A DNA stretch of 64,000 nt from contig CAWCAH010000011.1 of NCBI GenBank assembly GCA_963793605.1, positions 9,204-73,203 on the forward strand, read 5' to 3'. The position numbers and the translations under genes are program-made. Positions within the stretch are counted from its first letter, which is position 1. Every line of letters begins with the position of its first letter. This DNA is from an uncultured Thermoleophilia bacterium. Lineage in GTDB: Bacteria; Actinomycetota; Thermoleophilia; UBA2241. A model generated the notes under the pieces. It worked only from the letters and a program-made list of their open reading frames with translations, did not search any database and was not told where the DNA came from. Positions 57,485 through 64,000 of this stretch are shown here, piece after piece.

Positions 57485-58066
57485 TCAGCGCAGCGCGCGC
57501 CGCAAGGCCAGCGCCTGCACGATCGCGCCGATGCCGAACAGCAGCGCCGCGAGGCCGACCAGGATCATGAGGATCGTGACCGTCGGTCCGGGCCAGATGA
57601 TGAACACCAGGCCGATGACGGCGACGATCGCGCCGAACCCGACCACGGCGCCGTAGCCCTCGCCGCGGGCGGCGATGGCCGCCACCGCAACGGAGACGCC
57701 ACTGATGAGGAACGCGAGGCCGATGATGACCGCCACGGTCTTCACGGAGGCCTCGGGCCAGGCGATGAGCGCGATGCCCAGGATGATGGCGACGACCCCG
57801 GCGATGATGCGCCCGGTCTTGCCGCCGCCGCCGATGAAGAACTGCAGGATGCCGGCGAACAGCAGGAACAGGCCGGCGAAGATGGCCACGAGGTGCACAC
57901 TGCCCCAGATGTTGGCCAGCACAAGGATGCCGAAGACGACGGCGACGACGCCGACGGCCAGCACGAGGCCCCAGGCGCCGCTCGCGGCCTTGCGGCCGTC
58001 CACGACGACCACCGTCTCGCTCACGACCTCCGGCTTGGGCCGCTGGTCGTTGCCGTTGTCACTCAT
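57485..58066 (-). CDS. HdeD/DUF308-family acid-resistance membrane protein
   Basis: '..AWGLVLAVGVVAVVFGILVLANIWGSVHLVAIFAGLFLLFAGILQFFIGGGGKTGRIIAGVVAIILGIALIAWPEASVKTVAVIIGLAFLISGVSVAVAAI..'. Confidence 0.7.
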   Translation of the reverse strand: MSDNGNDQRPKPEVVSETVVVVDGRKAASGAWGLVLAVGVVAVVFGILVLANIWGSVHLVAIFAGLFLLFAGILQFFIGGGGKTGRIIAGVVAIILGIALIAWPEASVKTVAVIIGLAFLISGVSVAVAAIAARGEGYGAVVGFGAIVAVIGLVFIIWPGPTVTILMILVGLAALLFGIGAIVQALALRRALR

Positions 58067-58109
58067 GTGAACCCCCTTCTCGGGCGCGCTCAGGCCGTCA
58101 CCCGCTGGT

Positions 58110-58574
58110 CTATTCCCCGAGCACCTTGATGATGAGCCGCTTGGAGCGCCGGCCGTCGAACTCGCAGTAGAAGACGGCCTGCCACGGCCCGAGGTCGAGC
58201 CGCCCGTCCGTGACCGGCACGATCACCTGGTGGTGCATCAGCAGGTTCTTGAGGTGGGCGTCGCCGTTGTCCTCGTAGCCGCCGCGGTGGTGGCGGTAGT
58301 CGCCTCCGTCGGGCAGCAGCTGCCGGGCCACGTCGTCGGCCGGCGGCTGCCAGGAAGGCGGCGCCAGCTTGTCGAGCCACTCCAGCGCGTCCTCCTGGAT
58401 GCCCGGCTCGTCGTCGTTGATCCACACGCCGGCGGTGATGTGCATGGCGGCGACGAGGACCATGCCCTCGCGGACGCCGCTCTCGGCGACGGCCTCCTGC
58501 ACGTCCTCGGTGATGCGTACGAACGCGCGCCGCTCGGGGACGTGGAACGTCTTGTAGACGGTGTGGGACTTCAC
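58110..58574 (-). CDS. YjbQ (UPF0047) family secondary thiamine-phosphate synthase-like protein
   Basis: '[116 protein letters not shown]'. Confidence 0.8.
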   Translation of the reverse strand: MKSHTVYKTFHVPERRAFVRITEDVQEAVAESGVREGMVLVAAMHITAGVWINDDEPGIQEDALEWLDKLAPPSWQPPADDVARQLLPDGGDYRHHRGGYEDNGDAHLKNLLMHHQVIVPVTDGRLDLGPWQAVFYCEFDGRRSKRLIIKVLGE

Positions 58575-58602
58575 CTGCTCACCCGGGCCCTCGGCGCCGC
58601 GC

Positions 58603-59127
58603 TCAGCCTTCGTCGTCCGCGCGCCGCGGGATGCGCACGAAGCGCACGTCGAGCCCGGAGTGCCCGGTCTCGACGATGGCGATGGTCGGGTCGTCGTCCT
58701 CGAAGTGCGGCGCGCTCGCCGAACCGGGATTGAGGAAGAGTGTGCCGTCCACCCACTCCACAGCCGGCAGGTGGTCGTGCCCGCACACCACGAGGTCCGG
58801 GGAGTCGTGCTTGCCGACCCCGTCGATCTTGCCGAGCGCCAGCCGCTTGAGCAGCCGCTTGCGCTTGTGGCCGATGATGAACCGGACCCCGCCGACCTTG
58901 CCGGCGACCTCCTTGGGGAGCTTGCCGAGCTTGCCGTCGTCCATGTTGCCGGCGACGGCGGTCACGGGAGCTACCGCGGAGAGCGCCTCGAGCGTGTCGG
59001 CGTCCATGATGTCGCCGGCGTGGATGATGTGGTCGACGCCGGCGAACTCTACGAGCACCTGCGGGTCGAGGTGACCGTGTGTGTCGGAGACGACTCCGAT
59101 GCGCACACTCTCGCTCGACTTGACCAT
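58603..59127 (-). CDS. YfcE/MJ0936-family metallophosphoesterase
   Basis: '[94 protein letters not shown]'. Confidence 0.8.
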   Translation of the reverse strand: MVKSSESVRIGVVSDTHGHLDPQVLVEFAGVDHIIHAGDIMDADTLEALSAVAPVTAVAGNMDDGKLGKLPKEVAGKVGGVRFIIGHKRKRLLKRLALGKIDGVGKHDSPDLVVCGHDHLPAVEWVDGTLFLNPGSASAPHFEDDDPTIAIVETGHSGLDVRFVRIPRRADDEG

Positions 59128-59315
59128 GACCCTCCTCCGATCCGGATACAGGCCGCAATCATCCCACCTGGGCCGTCCCCAACGCCAGCACTCTGCCCGC
59201 TTGCGGGGTCCCCGGAACCTCCACCGTGCCCCGGGGACTGGTCACCTTCGCGCCCGGGTACTACTCTGGTCGGGCGCGGAGGCGCCGCGTGAGTGTCGAG
59301 ACCGGGAGGACGACC

Positions 59316-60992
59316 ATGGCGACTCGCAGCGAGAAGGGCAAGGCGACCGGCAAGGCCGGGGCGACGAGCAAGGCAGCGACCAAGGCGAAGTCGGCACCGG
59401 CGGCGGCGAAGCCGAAGGCCGCACCGAAGACGAAGGGCGCGGCCAAGGCCAGGCCGGCGGCGAAGACGAAGGCCGCGTCCACTGCGGCCGCCGCCCCAAC
59501 CCGGGTCGAGCCCGAGGACGCCGGCTGGGTGCCGGCGCGACGCGCGCAGCCGGCGGCGAAGGTGGTGCGTCCCAAGCCGGCGACCGCCGCCACCGCGGCT
59601 ACGCCCGCCAGCATCCGCAGGCGCCGCCGCGCCACGCGCGAGGAGCGCGCGGCGGCAGGCAAGGCCCAGCGCCAGGCGGTGCCCCTGGAGGCGCTGGGCG
59701 CGTTCGAGCCTGCGGACGGCACGCGCGACCCGATCGCGATCCTCGAGCGGCAGGAGAAGGACCGGCTCCAGTTCCTCCTGCCGGTCCGCCACGCGCGCAT
59801 GCTCCAGAACGCGTTCGGCTTCTATCGCGGCGCCCCCGCCGTGATGGCCGCCGATCTGGGCGCCGGGCTGCGCACGGACCTCCAGGTCCAGCTCTGCGGC
59901 GACGCCCACCTGCTCAACTTCGGCATGTACGGCTCGCCGGAGCGCTCCCTCGTCTTCGACATCAACGACTTCGACGAGACGCTGCCGGGACCGTTCGAGT
60001 GGGACGTCAAGCGGCTCATCACCAGCCTCGTGGTGGCCGCGCGCCAGAACGGTATCAGCGGCAAGAAGGCGCGCGGCATCGCCCTGGCCGGCGCGCGCTC
60101 GTACCGCACCTTCATGCGCCGGTTCGCCGAGCTCGACACGCTCACCATCTGGTACACGCAGCTCGGCGTGGACCGGATCCTGGACGGCATCCACGACCCC
60201 GACCTGCGGGCGGACTCGGCCAGGACGGCGGCCAAGGCCACCAGCCGCGACAGCGCCCAGGCGGCGTCCAAACTGAGCACCGTGGTGGACGGCGAGAGGC
60301 GCATCACCAGCGCGCCGCCGCTCATCATCTCGCTCCGCGACGTGCCGTTCGGGATGATGCCCAAGGACATCGAGCGCGCGACGAAGATGAACTACGACAC
60401 CTACCGCAGGTCGCTGCGTCCGGACGTCAAGGTGCTCGTGGACAGGTACCGGCTCGACGACATCGCGCTCAAGGTCGTCGGCGTCGGCTCCGTCGGCACG
60501 CGCTGCTTCATCGGCGTACTGACCGGTCACGACGAAGACGATGTGCTGTTCCTGCAGGTCAAAGAGGCGGTGCGCTCGGTGCTCGAGCCCTACCTGCGCC
60601 GCAGCCCGTACAAGCACCAGGGCGAGCGCGTGGTGACCGGCCAGCGGCTCACGCAGTCGGCCAGCGACATCTTCCTCGGCTGGAGCCACGGCCCGGCCGG
60701 CGGGGACTTCTACTGGCGCCAGCTGCGCGACTGGAAGGGGTCGGTGGACGTGGCGACCATGGATGAGAAGCACCTGCTGGCCTACGGCGAGCTGTGCGCA
60801 TGGACCCTGGCCAAGGGACACGCGCGCTCCGGTGACCCGGTCGCGATGAGCTCGTATCTGGGCAAGAAGGACCGCTTCGACGTGGCGCTGGCGGACTTCG
60901 CGGAGAAGTACGCGGACCAGAACGAGGCGGACTACGCGGCCCTTCGGCAGGCGGCCGAGGACGGCCGTCTGGAGGTCGCCGAGGTCTTCTGA
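59316..60992 (+). CDS. DUF2252-domain protein with an N-terminal Ala/Lys/Pro-rich (histone H1/HC1-like) basic tail
   Basis: 'MATRSEKGKATGKAGATSKAATKAKSAPAAAKPKAAPKTKGAAKARPAAKTKAASTAAAAP..' then '..DPIAILERQEKDRLQFLLPVRHARMLQNAFGFYRGAPAVMAADLGAGLRTDLQVQLCGDAHLLNFGMYGSPERSLVFDINDFDETLPGPFEWDVKRLITS..' (DUF2252). Intact. Confidence 0.7.
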   Translation: MATRSEKGKATGKAGATSKAATKAKSAPAAAKPKAAPKTKGAAKARPAAKTKAASTAAAAPTRVEPEDAGWVPARRAQPAAKVVRPKPATAATAATPASIRRRRRATREERAAAGKAQRQAVPLEALGAFEPADGTRDPIAILERQEKDRLQFLLPVRHARMLQNAFGFYRGAPAVMAADLGAGLRTDLQVQLCGDAHLLNFGMYGSPERSLVFDINDFDETLPGPFEWDVKRLITSLVVAARQNGISGKKARGIALAGARSYRTFMRRFAELDTLTIWYTQLGVDRILDGIHDPDLRADSARTAAKATSRDSAQAASKLSTVVDGERRITSAPPLIISLRDVPFGMMPKDIERATKMNYDTYRRSLRPDVKVLVDRYRLDDIALKVVGVGSVGTRCFIGVLTGHDEDDVLFLQVKEAVRSVLEPYLRRSPYKHQGERVVTGQRLTQSASDIFLGWSHGPAGGDFYWRQLRDWKGSVDVATMDEKHLLAYGELCAWTLAKGHARSGDPVAMSSYLGKKDRFDVALADFAEKYADQNEADYAALRQAAEDGRLEVAEVF

Positions 60993-61017
60993 CCGGCCCC
61001 GGACTCCCGCACGGGGA

Positions 61018-61962
61018 TCAGAGGAACCCGCCGGGCACGCCGGGTCCGGAGAGCTCGGCGGGATCGTCCCTGTCGCCGGGCCATGCCGGCCAGCCGTGCT
61101 CCGCGTGGCCGGCGTGGCCGGCGAGGGTCTCCTCCACCGACAGTCTCTCTCCGGGCCGCAGCAGCACCGTGTGCACGTCGGGCTCGAGGTCGGCGGCCTG
61201 CGCCATGAAGAGGAACGGCGCGCGGCGGTGGAAGTCCGGGCCGAAGCGGAAGAACGCGGTGCCCGGCAGGTGGTAGGTGCCCCAGTGGATGGGGACGACG
61301 AGGCGCGGCCGCAGCAGGCCCATGGCCTTGACGGCGTGCCGCGGGCTCATGTGCTTGAACTCGGGCATCAGCGGCCCGATGCCGGCGATCGGCAGGAGCG
61401 CGAGGTCGAGGCGCTCGGGCCAGATGTCGGCGATGCCGGAGAAGAACGCCGTGTCGCCGGCGAAGTACACGCTGTGAGACCCCGAGACGACGTAACCGAG
61501 GCTCGGGGTCCTCGCCGCCAGCGGGTGGCGTGTGCCGCGGTGCTTGGCGTCGGTGCCGACGATCTCCAGCGGCCCCAGGCGCAGCCTCTCCCCCGGGCTC
61601 ATCTCGTGGATCTCCCTGAACCCGCGCCACCTCAGCGAGAGCCCGGCTCCCACCGGCGCGACGATCGGCGTGTCGCGGCGGAACAAGCGCAGCGAGCGCG
61701 GGTCGTAGTGGTCCAGGTGCAGGTGGGAGATGAGGATGACGTCCGGATCCGTGAGCGGCTCGGTGATAGGCCGCGGCACGCGCCGGTACAGCGGCCCGAC
61801 CAGCCGCCGCAGCACGGGATCGGTGACGATGCGCATGCCGTCGATCTCGATCACCGTCGAGGCGTGACCGAGGAAGGTCACGCGCGTGCCTGGAGCCAGC
61901 GGCTGCGCGCGCGCCGGCAAGGGCTGGATCTCAGTGGTGCGGGTGACGTCCTCCATGGTGCT
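61018..61962 (-). CDS. MBL-fold metallo-hydrolase (NAPE-PLD / Zn-dependent hydrolase-like)
   Basis: '..TRVTFLGHASTVIEIDGMRIVTDPVLRRLVGPLYRRVP..DVILISHLHLDHYDP..YFAGDTAFFSGIADIWPERLDLALLPIAGIGP..'. Confidence 0.75.
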   Translation of the reverse strand, partial: STMEDVTRTTEIQPLPARAQPLAPGTRVTFLGHASTVIEIDGMRIVTDPVLRRLVGPLYRRVPRPITEPLTDPDVILISHLHLDHYDPRSLRLFRRDTPIVAPVGAGLSLRWRGFREIHEMSPGERLRLGPLEIVGTDAKHRGTRHPLAARTPSLGYVVSGSHSVYFAGDTAFFSGIADIWPERLDLALLPIAGIGPLMPEFKHMSPRHAVKAMGLLRPRLVVPIHWGTYHLPGTAFFRFGPDFHRRAPFLFMAQAADLEPDVHTVLLRPGERLSVEETLAGHAGHAEHGWPAWPGDRDDPAELSGPGVPGGFL

Positions 61963-62127
61963 CATTGTACGGTCGCCGCCCGTCCGCCGCGCCAAACCCC
62001 ACGACTCCGTCCGCAAACGGCGCGGCCGGGTGTCGTCGCGTGCTCATCGGGTAGGACGTCGGGGACCGAAGCGCGGTGACGGCAGGGGCTCACGCCAGAG
62101 AGGCGACCCGTCGCCGCCAGGAGAGGA

Positions 62128-62640
62128 GTGTCAATGGACGAAGACGCAGTGTTCCTGTTCATCGCCACCTACGACTCGCCCGAGAGCGCCACTGAGGACT
62201 ACGAGGCGATCAAGCTGCTCCACAAGGACAAGGTGATCGGCACCTACGACGCCGCGATCGTCACCAAGGGCGAGAACGGCAAGGTCCACGTGAAGAAGCA
62301 CGAGAAGCCCACCCAGCACGGCGCCTGGGGCGGCGTGGCCGCCGGCGCGGTGCTCGGCCTGCTCTTCCCCCCCGGGATCCTCATCGGCGCCGCCGCAGGC
62401 GGGCTGATCGGCGGCGCTATCGGCCACTTCTGGAGAGGCATGTCGCGCAAGGACGTGCTGGAGCTCGGCGAGTTCATCGACGACGGCCAGGCCGCGCTCA
62501 TCGTGGTCGCGGAGTCCAAGATCCAGGCGGAGATCGACAAGGCCATCAAGAAGGCCGACAAGCGGATCACGCGGCAGATCGAGATGGACCGCAAGGCCTT
62601 CGAGAAGGAGATCAAGGAGGCCGCCAAGGCCGCCGAGTGA
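62128..62640 (+). CDS. DUF1269-family membrane protein (Gly-zipper TM plus Lys-rich C-terminal helix)
   Basis: 'MDEDAVFLFIATYDSPESATEDYEAIKLLHKDKVIGTYDAAIVTKGENGKVHVKKHEKPTQHGAWGGVAAGAVLGLLFPPGILIGAAAGGLIGGAIGHFW..'. Confidence 0.65.
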   Translation: MSMDEDAVFLFIATYDSPESATEDYEAIKLLHKDKVIGTYDAAIVTKGENGKVHVKKHEKPTQHGAWGGVAAGAVLGLLFPPGILIGAAAGGLIGGAIGHFWRGMSRKDVLELGEFIDDGQAALIVVAESKIQAEIDKAIKKADKRITRQIEMDRKAFEKEIKEAAKAAE

Positions 62641-62783
62641 GCGCTGCGCGAGTCTGACCGGACCACGTGACGGCCTGACGCCTCCGTTCCCATTCCTGAC
62701 TGCAGCAGAGGGATTCCACTGTCCAGACGGTGGGTACTCTCGACGCGAGCGAGCTACCGTCAGGGGCAAGGAACGGAGGCGTC

Positions 62784-63215
62784 ATGGCCACCATCCAGCA
62801 GCAGATAGAAGTAGCCGCCGAACCTCCTCTCGTAGCCTCCAACTGGGCGCGATTCATCCGCTGGGCGCACACCGGTCCCGGTCACCTCGTCTGTGACGAG
62901 CTGGCGTGCGTCGACGCGGTACGGTCGGGGCTCGTGGACTTCGTACCGGCGGCCAACGGACGGACCACGGTGATCTTCCGCATGGAGCAACCGGACGCCG
63001 GACCGGCGCCGGAGGAGCTCAAGAGGCAACTCGGCCACGACCTCGTGGTGTTCAAGGACTACATCGAGCGCAGCGGCCTGGTGGACCACAAGCTCACCGA
63101 GACCGACAGGGCGGCATTCGAGATCGAGTCCGGGCGCAAGGGAGACAAGCCGCGCCACACGCGCCTGAGCAGCGAAGGCGACACAACGTTCTGGCGCAGC
63201 CACTTCCCCACGTGA
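62784..63215 (+). CDS. SRPBCC-superfamily (polyketide cyclase/dehydrase-like) protein, tentative
   Basis: 'MATIQQQIEVAAEPPLVASNWARFIRWAHTGPGHLVCDELACVDAVRSGLVDFVPAANGRTTVIFRMEQ..'; RBS GGAGGCG. Confidence 0.45.
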   Translation: MATIQQQIEVAAEPPLVASNWARFIRWAHTGPGHLVCDELACVDAVRSGLVDFVPAANGRTTVIFRMEQPDAGPAPEELKRQLGHDLVVFKDYIERSGLVDHKLTETDRAAFEIESGRKGDKPRHTRLSSEGDTTFWRSHFPT

Positions 63216-63287
63216 CCCGGCCGCCGTCGTGAGCCGGGGCGCGGGAGGCGACGCGCAGGGGAGCGGGGGGCTTCTCCCCCCGCCGCT

Positions 63288-64000
63288 CTGCGCGTCGCCT
63301 CCTTCAACGTACGGACCGGCCTCAAGCCGGACGGCCGGCACAGCTGGCCGCTGCGGGCCGGCGCGTGCGCAGCGGCGATCGCCGGCCTCGACGCCGACGT
63401 CGTGGGCCTCCAGGAGGTGCGGCTCTTCCAGGAGCGCGGGCTGGCGCGCCGCCTGCCCGGCTACGCCGGCGCCGGCGCCGGCCGCGACGACGGCCGCTGC
63501 CGCGGCGAGCGCTGCACCGTCGTCTATCGCACCGCCCGCCTGCGGCTCGAGGACTGGACCGTGCGCTGGTTCTCCGACACGCCGTGGCTGCCGGCCTCGC
63601 GCTCGTGGGGCAACCCGATCCCACGGATCGTCACGCTCTGCCGCTTCGCCGACCTGCGGACCGGCGCGGCGTTCGGGCTCGCGGACCTGCACTGGGACGG
63701 CGCCTCCGCGGTCTCGCGACTGCGCGGCGCGGAGGCGCTCCTCGGGTGGCTCGACCCGGCGCTGCCGTGGCTGGTGGTGGGCGACCTCAACGCGACCGCC
63801 CGAGACCCGGCGGTACGGCACCTGACCGCTGCGGGCCTGACCGACACGCTCGCCGAGCTCGGCCCCAGCGGCCCGCTGGCCGCGACGCACCACGCCTGGG
63901 ACGGCTCCACCGGCGGCACCCGCATCGACTACGTCCTCGCGGATCCGCGCTGGGAGGTCCTGGACGCCCGGATCGACCACACGCGGCCCGGCGGGCGCCT
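63288..64000 (+). CDS. endonuclease/exonuclease/phosphatase (EEP) family protein, 3' end outside window; start codon unresolved (CTG at 63288, or GTG at 63237 with a frame disruption in a G6/C6 hairpin)
   Basis: 'LRVASFNVRTGLKPDGRHSWPLRAGACAAAIAGLDADVVGLQEV..RIVTLCRFADLRTGAAFGLADLHWDGASAVSRLRGAEALLGWLDPALPWLVVGDLNATARDPAVRHLTAAGLTDTLAEL..THHAWDGSTGGTRIDYVLADPRWEV'. Confidence 0.7.
   Translation, partial: MRVASFNVRTGLKPDGRHSWPLRAGACAAAIAGLDADVVGLQEVRLFQERGLARRLPGYAGAGAGRDDGRCRGERCTVVYRTARLRLEDWTVRWFSDTPWLPASRSWGNPIPRIVTLCRFADLRTGAAFGLADLHWDGASAVSRLRGAEALLGWLDPALPWLVVGDLNATARDPAVRHLTAAGLTDTLAELGPSGPLAATHHAWDGSTGGTRIDYVLADPRWEVLDARIDHTRPGGR

Noticed and set aside
62128-62640. DUF1269 gene as a horizontally acquired low-GC island
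   Set aside because: Its GC is only modestly lower (about 62%). This is explained by Lys/Glu/Ile-rich composition, not by foreign origin.
1-64000. tRNA, rRNA and mobile elements (transposase, integrase, IS inverted repeats)
   Set aside because: By eye I found no cloverleaf-like or rRNA-like segments, no transposase or integrase homology among translated ORFs, and no terminal inverted repeats flanking any block. The duplicated MBOAT-SGNH region is a divergent paralog pair, not a recent IS-mediated copy.

Overview
This is a very high-GC (about 72%) bacterial chromosomal segment, most likely from a high-GC actinobacterium given the frequent GTG starts, leaderless-looking starts and GTGA/ATGA start-stop overlaps. 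It is densely coding on both strands. By eye I found no rRNA, tRNA, CRISPR array, transposase or integrase.

Content from 5' to 3':
- **1-6931 (minus):** an arylpyruvate/aryl-acid cluster: an AOR-family aldehyde:ferredoxin oxidoreductase, tandem GNAT acetyltransferase domains, phenylacetate-CoA ligase PaaK, an ACT-domain protein and indolepyruvate:ferredoxin oxidoreductase IorB and IorA. The cluster is translationally coupled by GTGA overlaps.
- **7162-9552:** a membrane-anchored degenerate GGDEF protein; a small unknown gene, a roadblock/LC7 protein and a divergent uracil-DNA-glycosylase-like gene.
- **9639-13662 (minus):** an operon of rhomboid protease, PHP-family phosphatase, DAG-kinase-like lipid kinase and a non-Pyl MttB-superfamily methyltransferase, joined by 4-nt overlaps.
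- **13664-15882:** a perfect 14-bp inverted repeat followed by marR and a DHA2-family 14-TM MFS exporter.
- **16045-17311:** a small Arg-rich ORF, an orphan NarL-type response regulator and a small membrane protein.
- **17412-21677 (minus):** a 962-aa fused FAD-oxidase/Fe-S oxidoreductase, CcdA and a TlpA/ResA thioredoxin.
- **21827-27113:** FmdB zinc ribbon, a secreted M6 (InhA-like) metalloprotease, GalE, an Rrf2 regulator and a membrane-anchored TPR-repeat protein.
- **27117-31915 (minus):** PncA and PncB (NAD salvage), a 555-aa polytopic membrane protein translationally coupled to a catalytically degenerate CbiA/CobB-like protein.
- **32041-36020:** a GAF-sensor histidine kinase, a CheY-like regulator, a second small Arg/Cys-rich ORF and a GAF-GGDEF cyclase.
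- **36100-40318:** a DUF885 metallopeptidase-like gene next to a BlaI-family repressor and an AT-rich palindrome; a second marR with an FAD oxidoreductase.
- **40359-43990:** the TauE/SafE plus DUF1634 pair, ArfB, an EamA transporter and an AlkA-like glycosylase.
- **44026-55209:** two tandem paralogous MBOAT plus SGNH(DUF459) acyltransferase pairs that share an upstream 14-mer and carry distinct 12-bp tandem repeats, an aminotransferase, two hypothetical membrane proteins and a third orphan SGNH paralog.
- **55381-64000:** a run of small membrane/stress genes (K+ channel, YqhA, PsiE, HdeD, YjbQ, YfcE), a DUF2252 protein with a histone-H1-like AKP-rich N-terminal tail, an MBL-fold hydrolase, DUF1269, an SRPBCC protein and a partial EEP-family nuclease/phosphatase.

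Major caveat: about 25 of the roughly 60 genes show one or more single-nucleotide frame disruptions, usually at short homopolymers. The likeliest cause is uncorrected indel errors, with genuine pseudogenisation as the alternative. Many exact gene boundaries are therefore approximate.
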